Shown here one piece after another: positions 25,484-38,590 of a DNA stretch of 64,000 bases (the first letter of the stretch is position 1; each line of letters begins with the position of its first letter). Source of the DNA: Tubiluchus corallicola (taxonomy: Eukaryota > Animalia > Priapulida); the NCBI GenBank assembly GCA_030141605.1, contig JAQGDQ010000011.1:1174066-1238065 (forward strand), in the 5' to 3' direction. The notes below the pieces were generated by a model, which was not told where the DNA came from, ran no database searches, and worked only from the letters and a program-made list of their open reading frames with translations. A program made the translations under genes and the position numbers.

Positions 25484-26193
25484 CATATATTCTTTTCTTT
25501 ATTTCTTCATTCCTTGAAAAACGTCATTGGATTAACAAAATCGTGCTATAATTTTTAGTAAATGGTAGTGATTTCTCTGCCAATGTATCCAACTTTTTTG
25601 AAAGTTCGCGTCATGACTACTTTGGCACACGTAGCGCTCCTTTATATTATTATAAACCCAAACTTTAACTTTTCCTTTGTTTTCCATCCTGTTGTGGCAT
25701 TCTGCACTGTTTTTGGCAACAATAGTTCAAATTTACTTTCTCCATGCAGATCTGTGCATTTGTGACAGAACGCCAGCGAATTTTTCTACTCTAGCAGTTA
25801 TCTCTAGAATCTTTCACAATAGCTGCTCTGGACCCGCTAAAAGATCCGATATAATATCGTAATAAACTGCGGAGTAATTTATTTTTCGTCGAATTTACGA
25901 TTCTTAATATTATTTTTACTAGAATTACGAGCGGCCGTAAAAAATGTGCTTAAGCAATAAATCAAATCATTTTCTTCGTTCAAATGACCAAACATGACAC
26001 GTAATGATCACATCAGTATACACTGAATACAGCCAAGTAACGTCCTTCATACTGAAACATATAAACAGCCAAATCTTGACGACCACTGACGAGATTTTAA
26101 CTGCCGACAGCTGTTCATAAAATCACTACAGATTCGATTCTCTTCGCTTTCTGTTCGTCTTCTTCTTCTTTCACGGAAGAAAATTACTATTTG

Positions 26194-26680
26194 CTAAAGG
26201 AAAACAGGATGATTTTTCATATTCCACCCAATTTTGAGGTACGGCAAAAAGTATACATTTCAGCACCTGTAATAATGCCAAAGGATTTCTGATTTTTAAA
26301 ATGTAGGTTAAAACCTTAATTAATGGTGGGCAAGCCCAACTATTGAACATAATTTTCAACAGCACAAACATTTCAGGAGCGAATTGCATGTTTTTGCGAA
26401 AGCGGAAATTGAAGTACAATGCTACTGCACAACATTTAGTATGGCGTACAAAAAATTTAAGTTTAAAATTCAAATTTTAAGTTTACTGCTGGCTCACGCA
26501 TGAGTCCTTGAACTGCTATACTCACGCATGAGCTTTCAAACTGTGCACTACGTCACAATTGAACACCTCTAACTGAGAGGTACGGCGTCTGTTTTTTGTG
26601 CAATGCTTTTCCGACATGCAGAAGCTAGTACTCATACCCAATGAACTAGCGAATGACGAACTGCATGGCGAACTTCTTTT
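26194..26680 (-). mobile_element. Kolobok-type MITE family A, copy 3 (partial)
   Basis: Starts aaggaaaacaggatgatttttcatat; family A body. Confidence 0.75.
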
Positions 26681-27129
26681 AACTACCAAGGTATTTTGCA
26701 CAATGTATGCTGACAACAACTTGTGGTATGTTAGCATTTTACAAACGTCGATGGCACACATACTAAATTGTACTATGTACAACGTGCATATGGACGTAGA
26801 AAGCACACACGACATGTATATGGGACTAAAATTGTTACTGCTAGAAAGTCGTCCAACGTGACATACGGATGTCTAATGTAGAAATTATTACAGTTTTAGT
26901 TTAAGTTTATTACACACCAAATAAAAAGTAAACAACATACATTAAAATATGTGCGCATACGTGCACTCATATACGTCATATAAAAACATTCAATACACGT
27001 TAAAATATGTACACACAAAAGGCAACATAATAATAAGGAGCGGTGTGGGGAGACACAAAGAGCAAACTCTTTTTACATATGCCTGTTAAATACTAAGAAA
27101 GCATTGAGATCGACATAATTTAATCGCCA

Positions 27130-27235
27130 TTAAGAAAGTTTGCATTTCGAGCTTTTACCATTGGTACATCATTTACAATTTCTGGTAAACTATTCCAAAT
27201 CGGAACAAACCTTTTAGAAAAAGGAAAATAAAACT
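27130..27235 (-). mobile_element. CR1/L2-type LINE ORF2 C-terminal remnant
   Basis: Minus strand encodes FSKRFVPIWNSLPEIV (WNSLP motif). Confidence 0.6.
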
Positions 27236-27309
27236 AGTAAACATTCTTAATAAATAAAGCTTAAAATATTCGTCTTGAAATATTCGTCTATATCACTCAC
27301 ATGCTGTCT

Positions 27310-27905
27310 TATTGCATACAGAGCTTACATTAGCAGTAACTCTGTACAAAACTTGTAAATTTAAACTGTCGGTTTAAATTTAAACGTCAGGTGCTGGCAG
27401 CCATTTTAACAGTAAATCGAGTAAATCGTTTGAAATAAGTTTTGATAGCATTGCCTAAACTTTGAAAAAAATAATCAGAACATTCGTAGCACACTCCTCA
27501 CTAACTGGCCAAAAGTTTAAATTACTTATACAAGATCGATGATGTGTTCTGGTGAGTCAGTTGTGCACACTGAGATGGTGTTACAGTGTCTTTTTACCAG
27601 GTGGTGTGAATATTTTAAATTACTAAGAATTTTCTGTTCCAGTTACATTATAACCTACTAAAGTCTTTTACAGAGATAAGCTCAATGTTAAGTAATATAA
27701 ATGCCGTCTTCATCAGTGACAGATTACACAAATAAATAAGCAGTCGAAACGTCTGTGACATGCTTTTTAACATTTTATAAGTTTTTGATAAAAGTTGTTT
27801 TCGTTTTATGACACTGTGAGTGGCTATATAAATTGGCTAATGTAACTTTGTATGGAAAGTCTGTTGGGATATACTTTAAAATTTCCTTTGCTTTTCCTTT
27901 AAGAT
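27310..27905 (-). mobile_element. family C copy 4, interrupted at 27701-27837
   Basis: Reverse-complement family C; collinear with 54050-54500 except for the insert. Confidence 0.75.
27701..27837. mobile_element. Penelope/retrozyme-like insertion with rearranged hammerhead halves
   Basis: Inverted CTGATGAAGAC half (27705-27720), direct GTCGAAACGTC half (27743-27753), TSD-like taatataa/taatgtaa. Confidence 0.55.
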
Positions 27906-28009
27906 CTAACCAAGATATAGACAGCTGATTTAGTTTTATAACTACATCACATAATTACTCAACTCCTAGCTCAAATAGAAATGAGCTAAGAGTTTCATTT
28001 AATAAAACT

Positions 28010-28722
28010 AAGGACGGGGGTCAGTAATATTATATGGAAGAAACACCTCCGTTTAAGGAACCCCTAGGCTATTGAAATTACGGGGGCCTTTCCCAGACGG
28101 AGCCACCTTCTAAGTCGTCCTCACCCGCCTTGAATATTTTTACTCGTGATAGGGTTAGGGACATTTACGTAGCTTGAAGTGAACTTACTGAATTTTTTAC
28201 ATTGTATAGCCAAAAAACTGGGCAAAAAACAAAATATAAAAAACAAAAAAAAAACACAAAAAAAATTCACAAATAAGTGTTTAGCAAGATGATAAACAAA
28301 CATGACCTGGGGCACCTTATCACAAATAAAGGGTCTTAAACAAGAGCTTCTTATTTCAAAAAAGAGACCATAAACGGAGATATTTTTCAAAATTGAGCTT
28401 TCAGACTCACGGGCCTCCTTTAATAAGTTGAAGTTAAATAAAGTTGAAATTTTATTTTAAGTTAAATGAATTCAGCAATGCAAAATATTGAAATATTATA
28501 CTCGTTTTTCAAAAAAAATTATATTTAGGTATTTTGATATTTAGATATTCATTTATTAGTGTCAAAAATACATACAATGCAAGAAGAAGAAAAAACAAGA
28601 CATACATACAATTTCAATTTCGAAATATACAAGAAAAAACAAGACCTTAAATTTTTTAGCAAGGATCTCTCAAGATGGGCTAGGCTGCAGCCTATACTGG
28701 CCTATATGATAACACGACCACT
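28010..28722 (+). mobile_element. hAT-like MITE family E (long copy)
   Basis: Left part matches 10915-11005; right end ggctgcagcctatactggcc. Confidence 0.6.
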
Positions 28723-29483
28723 CCGATTTCACCACAGTTGCCCGTTCTCCTCCCCTATCAGTGAGTTTACAGTTTGCCTAGCAGGTAGGAGACTAAGGCC
28801 ATTTCGCAGTGAGGACGCGCGGTAAAATTGCTCGTGTAGTTCCTCGTGAGGAATTCTACCGCCAGCTAGAAGCTATGCGTCCTCCTCGTGTGGAATTTTG
28901 CCGCATGGTAGAAATACTGCATGTTGCATTTTCGCGAGGTATCCTGGCGGAATTCAGTCTTAAATTTAAGTACTTAATAGCTTCTTTCTTATTTAACGAA
29001 CAAGAATTAACACATTTCAGCATAAAATTCTAAGATCTAATTTCTCTTTTAACAGACTGATGATTTTATGTTTTATTGATGCAACATCGATCGTTATATT
29101 CGTGAAAAAGAATAGCAATGTGCGCATATGTTTATTTAATATATGTATATTTGCAGATTTTGAAGTGGTTAGTAGAATTTTACTAAAAAAATAGGTCTGA
29201 CATTGAATTTACTGACACTATTAATTGTACTTTAAATATGAGAAATACGGTAAGTATTAGTTAATTTAGACATGATTATACAGTATAAAACTCACAAAGG
29301 AGTGCTTACGAGCAGCTCTGCCACGTTCGTGATGGTTTCACGCATCAACTGAAAAGCGCATGGGGAAGATTTATGTGTTTCTGCATTGCAGGCGTTGTCT
29401 ATTTGAAAAGAATGCGTTCAGTATTTAAGTGCCTCCTTGAAGTCAAACTGAGCAAAGCAACATATCCTTCTTGAGTTTATAAA

Positions 29484-29850
29484 CTGTGGCGTAGCAAAAG
29501 GGGAAGAAAAGGGTGTTTTAATCCCAAAGAACTTTCCAAACAACCTTATTTTTCGTATCATTATACAATTTTTTGCCTGTTTGAAAGACTTTGTAATTGG
29601 AGAAGAAATTCTTTATCATTTCAAATATACGCGCCATCTGGTGAAACGTCACTGCATCGCCATCCCAATGTGCGCCACTGATTAACCGAAAAGTACAATG
29701 CTCTTACTTATAATGTATAACTTTTGTTTAGTTAGCGAATGCTCTGATTATTTTTTCAAACTTTATGCAATCTTATCTAAACTTGTTTAAAACGACTTAG
29801 CGTTAAAATGGGTGCGTCTATACAGCGTTATTGCTAAAGCAGGCTCTGCA
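29484..29850 (+). mobile_element. family C copy 5 with left terminus
   Basis: Starts c(t)gtggcgtagc, resembling a CAGTGGCGTAGC hAT TIR; family C core follows. Confidence 0.75.
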
Positions 29851-29918
29851 TGCACTAACAACAGTAATAGTTAACAGTATAGTAGCTTCTTACTATTGGA
29901 CTATATAAAACGGCCCAA

Positions 29919-30725
29919 TTAAAGGAAAGGACGTCACTCAACGTGTTGTGTTTATTTTACTGTTTTCATTTAAATTTAGAAACATGTACCAAACAAATTT
30001 GCGAAGAACTACCTATAAAGCATAAAGTTAAAATATACTACTTCTGAATAGAATTTTTCAGGTGAGGTGGTTGCCGCTATTCACTTAAAAATTATGACGT
30101 AAGTGGGAGACTTCGTTACTTTTCATAAGCGCGCCATGGCTTTCCGTAAGCGCGCACAATAATAATTCAAACTTCTGCTGGGTACCTAACGTTACCTAAT
30201 GAAAAGACAGAAAATAAAAGTGAAAAATAGCTCATTAGTTTACAACAATTCAAATTTATTTTCATACAACCATTTTATAGGGCAATTCATTTAGCTTAGA
30301 AAAGTATTAACAAAACAAATTTGCAAAAAACTGTCTATAAAGCACGAAGTTCGTTTATACTACCGCCGTATACAAATTTTAGGCGTAGTGGTAGCTGCCA
30401 TTCACTTGAAAATTATGACGTTGCTAGTGGCTTTCCGTAAGCGAGCGGCTTAAAATAACTCAAACTTCTGCAGCTTACCTAATGTTCAGACAAAAATATC
30501 TCAAAATTAGTTTTCTATTTTTTTGCAAAAGCGCTATTTTCTTCAAGACGAATGAAGTCATTGGAAGAAGAATGGGCACTGAAAATGGCAGCGCCCAAAC
30601 ATGAAATGATCGCGATTTTTAAAGTGACTTTACTAGTTACACGAGGCACTTATTGCAGTTTTATAACATTTTTCTCGAACATCGAAATAAGCCTATCTTT
30701 CCAGCAGGGTTGGCTTTTCCTTTAA
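29919..30725 (+). mobile_element. Kolobok-type MITE family B with internal duplicated/captured segment
   Basis: TTAA-AGGAAAGG ... GGCTTTTCCT-TTAA; left portion present twice. Confidence 0.8.
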
Positions 30726-32157
30726 CATTTCTACTAGTTAATCCAAAAGCTTTTTTCAACATCCTGCTTATAACATTCTATCAGTTCGCCGACTAAATTT
30801 GACTTAAAAAAAATTCGTTGCTAAATGCTCAATTATTCTATTGTTTTGCCTACAAACCTTTTCTTCCAGCTAGACTAAATTATACCATGTAAATAAATAA
30901 ATAAACCAAGTTTGTTGCAGTAAAAATTAATGTATTTTTCATTTGTTATGTTGCTAATCGTTGGGGATTATGGTCGTCTAAGTTTATTCGGAAGAAAGTG
31001 TGATAGCGCCCTATTTTCCTGCCCTATCGGACATACTGCTGTTCAAGCTTGATCCTTTATTTTAAATGCCTGCGAATCCACATAAACACTGCTTTTTACC
31101 TAACAATTTTTATTTTTATTAATTAGATTAATTGCTATGTGTTGCCCATTATAGTCTTGAGATTATTTGAACTTAAAGTTCTTCTTCAAGAGAAGAAGCA
31201 GTCTAATTTTGTAAACGTACAGTTGCGAAATTGGTACAGGTAACCTAGTTATGTTTAATGCATTCCTTCCTCTTATTGGTTACTTTAAATACAGGTCGTG
31301 GGAAGTGAATTTCTTACGATCTATTTGTACAGTTGATATTTGGTTTTTGAGCTTATCGTAACATGTGGTCAGGCATGCCTGAAGTCTGTTCACACTGGTC
31401 AGTTTGAACATTTCTTTAACGAAATTAATCGAGATGTTTTTGATTTTTACTATTGTGGAACTTCCTCAAATGATATAAACGGAGTAGAAATGGCTTGACG
31501 TATGGAATGACGGATCGAATGGTATGGAACGATAGGACATGGGAATGGAATGGAGTGATGTAGTTACGTTTACAATGTGAAGTTATGAAACCATGATCGT
31601 GGAATGGAAATGGAATGGTGATGCAGGTAACACCAGGACTGGAGCTCTGACGTGGTTAACCCGGCCACGTATACCCCGGTATACTTGTGGCTTCGTATAC
31701 CCCTGTAGTTTTGTTTTAGTGATCTGTGCACGGTTTTTCATGCGTTATACATTTGAGATTAAACAAAGCAATTGAATTTAATGCCTAGCTTATTTGAGAT
31801 TGATTAATTGATTAATCCAGATTGAGATTGTCGTTCAGTAAATTTTCCTAAACATTATATCACTACAGTAACGACGGTACACTTTAGGGAAAGCACAACA
31901 CGTGCTTTAGGAAAATTCGGGTTTCGGCTCAACACCTTTAATTTGATGGTTAATAAAAATTCAACTCCACAACCAATTCAATTTCTTTTGTGATGTGCAC
32001 TTTCGAGCCTAGGTAAATAATGGCAAAAATAATCAACACATTTAAGTAAGTGCACCGTCACAGAAAGCAATTTGAATTGAATTTGTCATCGACATTTTTA
32101 ATCTACGATTGTGATGCTATACTTTTGGCTACATGTTCTTGGAACGGGAGTGGTGCT

Positions 32158-32292
32158 GGCAAGCCACTGGTATAGCAGTGTCCAGTTTTTTTGCTGGATT
32201 ACTGCTGTGTTTATCTGTCTTGAGGGCGGAGTCTTTTTATTGTCGAATTCTGCCTGTCCAGTGCCTACGAATGGATAAACAACATATGATGA
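32158..32292 (+). mobile_element. retroposon 3' tail (second copy)
   Basis: Matches 25335-25470. Confidence 0.6.
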
Positions 32293-32599
32293 AAAACACG
32301 TAATGTCGAAATATTGATATAAAAAACAAAAATTACACTAGATTTTACTGAAACAAGCGTGGTTTATTAATTTGTTTACACGGTATAACTCATAATGAAA
32401 GTTGTGGAAGCTTTCCAACTATGTAGTTAAAACTTACAAAGCTGGTTACTTTTCACCAGTAGATCTTTAGTTTAAACGTAGATTTATTAAATAACAGAGA
32501 TTACAATACGGCTTGAACAGAGAGTTTTACAATTGATAGATGTTCTTGCCAATGGAACGTAACACTTAGAAGAGTCCAGACAAAAAACAAACAGTAGAA

Positions 32600-32950
32600 G
32601 CATTACAGTATGACTACTAGCAGTATAGCTACATACACAGCATAATGTTGAGAATGACATTAATATTACTATGTAATCAATATGAGTTCATTTGTTGACA
32701 GATTATAATTTCTAATATTATGAGAAATTAACAAAGTACAGAGTTTGCTTAGTAACATATCTTGAGCCTGGCGATATAACGGGCAGCTAATTAGAAAATG
32801 ACTAATTGTTTCAATAGGTGCACCGCATCTACGGGTATGCAAAACAGGGGTTCCGTCGTATTTTTTACATTCTCTCTGACTCAGGTCAAAGTTTAGTTGA
32901 GAAAAGCTAAAGTGCATTCGTGTTTGTGGAACGGCTAGTAACTGAGACCT
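32600..32950 (-). mobile_element. LINE ORF2 C-terminal CCHC remnant
   Basis: ORF 32669-32917 contains FSQLNFDL..CGAPIETISHFLISCPLY, a typical non-LTR zinc knuckle. Confidence 0.7.
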
Positions 32951-33589
32951 TTCTATTGACTGATTTACAAAACTTTAGTAACATTTCATTCGCGGAATTT
33001 CTATCAACTGATCTATACAACTTTTTCCAGAATGTCCCACAAAAGCACTTTTATTGTGCCAGATCGACACTCCTACTATGACCTTGCACTCAGTCTTGAT
33101 TATGTACATGGCTGCCCCACTAGACAGAGATTGTCAGATATTAATTTACTAAATCTCGTATAATCTGACTTATCAGATCAATGAGATGAAAGCATTGCGC
33201 TGATTGAAACCACTGAAGCCAGGCGTGATCCACCGATAATCACGCCTCCAGAGACACGCTGCCCAAGCAACTTCATCTAGTCAGCCTGGAAGCAATGCAT
33301 AAAGTCACGCACGAAGTCAAATATGAACCCATTGAAAGGGCTCACAACATATAGAGAATCACACGTTCGGACATCCTGCTTAAACAACCCTGAGTAGCAA
33401 AAACTGAAGCCATTGAACCAGACATTAAACTACACGTGAAACAATTGAAGCCACTAAACTTTACTTGGTCTAACAAGCATTCAAGTTTCTAAAGCCACAT
33501 ATGCAGCCATACATGGAACTACTGAAGCCATATAGGCGTGAATATTACGTCTCCAGCGACACATTCGGTGAGTGGAATAGCTGTGCGTA

Positions 33590-33660
33590 TTGATAATGAA
33601 GTTAAGCAACCTAGGTCCGGTTAGTAAATGGATGGCGATTGCTAGGAAGAGTTTCTTGTG
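33590..33660 (+). mobile_element. 5S rRNA-derived (SINE3-like) fragment
   Basis: gaagttaagcaacctaggtccggttagtaaatggatgg aligns to the 5S internal control region. Confidence 0.65.
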
Positions 33661-34509
33661 GGTAATTTCATCTGCCTCACTGCTCATTACTGTTTCACCC
33701 ATAAATATGTCCTTGATAGCGACATAGGTTTTGGTCCTGCCACAACCATAAACTAAGGAGTACCAAAGTTTATAAAAAAATAAAACCACAACATGGTCCC
33801 GTTAACCTCATTTGTAAAGCCAATTTTGATTATATACATAAAGCTTTATACGTGAAGACAATTAATTGAATCCATCCAGAGACGCTGACCAGGCACCCCT
33901 AACCTAGCAAGGTTCTCTGATCAATAGACACAAAATTATTCCAGCAAGTGGATATATATTTTACTTATACCGCAGTTTCAAAGCAAATTGATGAGGGGGA
34001 GGAGCGAAGGGGTAAACGATGATTATATTGAATCACGTAAATGGTTTCCTTTCAAATAGCTTTCTGACGAAGCCATTTTCTGTGCAGGAAGCTGGTCAGC
34101 GTGCAAATGTTCTGTAATCTCTAGCAAGGAACTCCATTTCCAAGCCAGTTTGATTGAATTCATTCATTCCATTATTTTAAAGGAGCAGTTAAACAAGAGA
34201 AATAGCTGCTGTGTATTTTAGTATCGGGTAATGAGATGAGTAACAGGATGGGTGACCAGTAAGGAAACTACTTCCGGGCGCCTTCTTCTGTCATTCTGTC
34301 CCACGCTATTAAGAACTCGTTACGGAGTGTATGCGACTTTCAGCGTTGGTAAGACGCTGCTGCCACCTTGACCTTTGATCTCAAGAATTGTCTTTAATAA
34401 TGAACAAAATTTCAGTCGCGCAACAGCCGTTGAAAATTAAGTAAAAACTACTGTTGAGTGCTGGACAGACGGATTGAAGTATGAGAAACTATATAAAAAT
34501 ATTTCATGC

Positions 34510-35075
34510 TTAAAGGAAAAGTCAAGCCTTCTGGGAAGTTAGGCTTATTTCAATGTTCTCAAAAAATGTTAGAAGAATCTAGAAATAAAACTGGAATAAG
34601 CGCTTCGCGTAACTAGTAAAATTGCTTTAAAGGCGCGATCACTTCATGCTTGGAGGTTTCCGTTTTCAATGCCTATTCTTCCAGTGACATTATTCGTCTT
34701 AAAAAAAGAAGCGCACTGTCAATCTTCGTCAGAAGTAAAAAAGTTTTTTTAAAAAAATTAGATAGCAAATTTTGCAATATTTTTGCGTGAACATTAGCTA
34801 AGCTCCAGAAGTTTGAATTAGTTTAAGCAGCGCACACTTACGGAAAGTCACGAAGCGCTTACGAAAATTCACAAAGTCTCCCAGTTACTTCACAATTTTC
34901 AAGTGAAAAGCGGCAACCATTACACCTGAAAATATCTATTCAAATGTAATATGTTTTAAATTTATGCTGTATAGACAGTTCTTTGAAAATTTCTTTGTTA
35001 TGTTTTTCTAAGTTTAAGTGATAATAGTAAAATAAACCCAAGACACTGAGTGACTTGTTCCATTGTTTCCTTTAA
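34510..35075 (-). mobile_element. Kolobok-type MITE family B (full length)
   Basis: TTAA-AGGAAAAGTCAAGCC ... TTGTTTCCT-TTAA; inverse of the 29919 and 40591 copies. Confidence 0.85.
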
Positions 35076-35257
35076 TTACAAGGGAACGTTTGTTCCTGCA
35101 TAAGAGAAAAAACGTTTAACTTCGCACATTTCGGGATACTTAGTGGCGGAGAAAGCAAACTGCACAATTCGGATAGCGTTACACTTTTTTTGGCTAATTA
35201 CTCAGAGTTTGTCCTAGTGGTCACTTTGTGAATCGACTATATCTCCGGATAATTGTC

Positions 35258-35585
<328 letters not shown>

Positions 35586-35618
35586 CGCGCTGTCAATCGA
35601 AAATCAGTTATTGCCTAG

Positions 35619-36281
35619 ATACAAATGTGTAAGTTTAACGTGGTTTGCTCTTGTCTTGATTTACGAATCGGCAATAATGTTAACAGCCGTTACAATAGAC
35701 AGATGTCTCATCATAAAATACCCATTAAAATACGGCCAAATATGGAAAAGCTGGATGGTTCATCTGATTATATTTGGCTCATGGATGTGCTCTTTTTGGT
35801 ATAGGCATCTTACTATATTACGGCAACAGGAAATCTATTTTTTGTTTATTCACATGCGTTGCCACTTTGGAATAATCATTTTGACGTTAACTGTTTTTTG
35901 TGTAATTGCAGTAGTGTTACTTTTCATCAACACTAGTATAATATTGATGACACATGCAGCAGATTGAACCAGAAATTGAACCAGATTGAACCATCATACA
36001 AGCGTAACTTAAAATCAGCCAAGTTAATCAGTTTAGTAGTTGGTTGTTTCTTTGTGTGTTGTTTTCCCTTCCTTGTGATCAGTGTGATTACAGTTCAGAA
36101 TGAGGAAGTTATTATTCCACCTTCTGTCATGTCAATCTGCTACCTTTTGTTGGACTGTAACTCACTTATGAATCCAACAATTTACACTTGGAAAAACCAG
36201 GAACTTCGGGTTTCTTTGAAGAAAGTACTTCAATGGGACAGATTAACCGCTTTGTTCAAAAGAAATGGCCAAGATGACTGA
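35619..36281 (+). pseudogene. class A (rhodopsin-like) GPCR fragment TM3-TM7, frameshifted
   Basis: C3.25...S..L..VTIDRC spacing exact; IKYPLKY loop; TM6 SAKLISLVVGCFFVCCFPF; TM7 NSLMNPTIYTWKNQELR. Frame break near 35963; TM1-2 not found. Confidence 0.8.
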
Positions 36282-36332
36282 GTCAATACGTGTATGTGTA
36301 TATATTTACAGAGAGGTACATATATAACATAT

Positions 36333-36585
36333 GGTGCGCGGTAAGTTTGGTATTAGTAAGTTTAGCACAGGTAAGTTTGGTAATAGGAAAATTTGGTACT
36401 GGCAAATATGCCATTAACGAAGTTTTGTCAGGCATTTTTTGGTACAAGTAAATATGGTACAAGGTAAAAATGGTACGGAACAAGTTTGGTACTAAGAAAG
36501 TTTAGTACTGGGGAAATTTGGTACTAGGAAATTTGGGTACAGAGAAAGCTTGGTGCAAGGAAAGTTTGGTACTATGAAAATATAT
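36333..36585 (+). repeat. dispersed element built of AAGTTTGGTACT-like tandem units (family G)
   Basis: Starts ggtgcgcg; collinear with 42583-42870. Confidence 0.8.
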
Positions 36586-38094
36586 TTTATATAACCTGCC
36601 CGAACAAGTTACAGAGGCTCATATTGCTGCATTTTTTATTTGTTTTTTGTTCGCTTAACAGCACTGAACTTACAACCTCTAGAAATTAGAAGATGGTGTT
36701 TTCACTTGAAAATGGTGTATAAAATATGTAATAACCTCGCCCATTAAAATTTTAATGATTTTTTTTATTATGTACCTCGGATAGACCTTAGAGGCTACAG
36801 CTATAAATTGTATAAATATATATATAAATATATAATGTATATGTATATGTACAAAAATTCAATTACAGAAAAAACTGCACAAAAATAAAATCGTAATATA
36901 ACGATCAAAGCTGGTTCTGAGCCAATAGTAACTTGTCAATAAACATTAAACAAGTGCTCATTATTAATGAGCCCAACATCTAATTCAGAGTAAACTGCTT
37001 TATTTTCACTGCTTCCTGGGCTGTATCAGTTATTCCCATCATTAAAGAAACTAATGAGGCGAATCTAATTTTCATTAGTGGCAGCAATTAATTTAAACCC
37101 TACACGCTAGATGTCGCTGAAATTCATCGATACTAAGAGCTATGTGTAGTAGAAACAGTGTCGATAATGATAACAGGCACATTAACAAAAATGGATCTTT
37201 ATTTATCCAGGCCACCAAGATTTACCAACAACAAGTGCACTTTACAATTTTATGCAGGTCTTTTCATATTCAACATAATCTGAATGTGAAAATGAAATGT
37301 TGATTTTTCTTAGTCGAAAGATAAGATCGTGAACTAAAACTCGAATAGTAATAATAATAGCAATAATTTATTGATGATTCAGGACACTACAATTTTACAG
37401 TTAAGGTTATATATATTATATTATATATTTACGTACATTACTTTGGCATCAAGACAGAAGCAATTATAAAACAACATCTAAAAACGAATCTGAAAACGTA
37501 TAATTATTTGAATAGATTATTTATTATTATTTATATAGACAAATAATAATAAATGTCCTACTTCCCAATTTTAGTGGCTGTCTTGCGCCTATGAAGTGAT
37601 CATTTCGCCCTGACGTTGTTGTCGTTTTTTTATGTAATGATATGTTTTCGGATGCTTAAGTATTGTTTGAATTGGATAATTCTTTCCACCCGATATCAGC
37701 ATGACGTCAACAATGACATCACAATGAACAATGGTGCCTTCAATTAAACGCCATCTTTTCTCCATTAAGGGTTTATTTTTTGGTACGCTCTACACATTAC
37801 AGCCACTTTACCTTGCACGAAATCAAAAGTGTCATTACTTCATCCATTGCTCGGATTTATCTCTTCACACACATGCGTCATTTGCCAATCTTTTCTCTAA
37901 TTCTTATTTATGGGTCGATTAGCTCACAAGATAGAAAACATTAATCTTCTTACTGAAAACGTTATTGCGCGTGATTAAATGCTGAATGCAAAGAAAACGT
38001 TATTTCGCGACTGATATAAAAATATTTGGTCAAAGGGGAAGAGAAGGGTATTTTAAAGTATTTATAACATGTTTTCCGTCTGCTGTAGGTATAT

Positions 38095-38590
38095 ACGTTT
38101 TTAGTGTAGCACGTTTCAACATGCAAAATACTGCTGATACAGTAACGTTTCGAGGTGCAAAACGCTACTGATACAGTAACGTTTTCAAGGTACAAAACAC
38201 TACTCATACATAACCGTTTTTAAGGTGCAAAACACTACTGATACAGTAACATTTTCAATGTACAAAACACTACTGAACAGTAACGTTTTCAAGGTGCAAA
38301 ACACTACTGATACAATACCGTTTTCAAGGTGCAAAACACTACCGTACAGCAACTTTTTCAAGGTGCAAAACACTACTGATACAGTAGCATTTTCAGGATA
38401 CAAAGCGCTACTGACACAGTACCGTTTTCAAGGTGCAAACCATTACTGATACACTACCATTTTCAAGGTGTAAAACTCTACTGATACAGCAACGTTTTCA
38501 AGGTGCTACACACTACTGATACAGTAACGTTTTCAATGTGCAAACACCACTGATACAGTAACGTTTTTAAAGTACAAAACACTGCTGAAC
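38095..38590. repeat. 35-bp minisatellite (ACTACTGATACAGTAACGTTTTCAAGGTGCAAAAC)n, ~14 units
   Basis: Head-to-tail repeats without spacers. Confidence 0.95.

Noticed and set aside
35076-35230. Missing GPCR TM1-TM2 (GN..KLH..FLAN)
   Set aside because: Spacing is wrong, there is no hydrophobic TM1, and no LAxxD motif.
38095-38590. CRISPR array (35-bp repeats)
   Set aside because: Repeats are contiguous with no unique spacers, there are no cas genes, and the context is eukaryotic.
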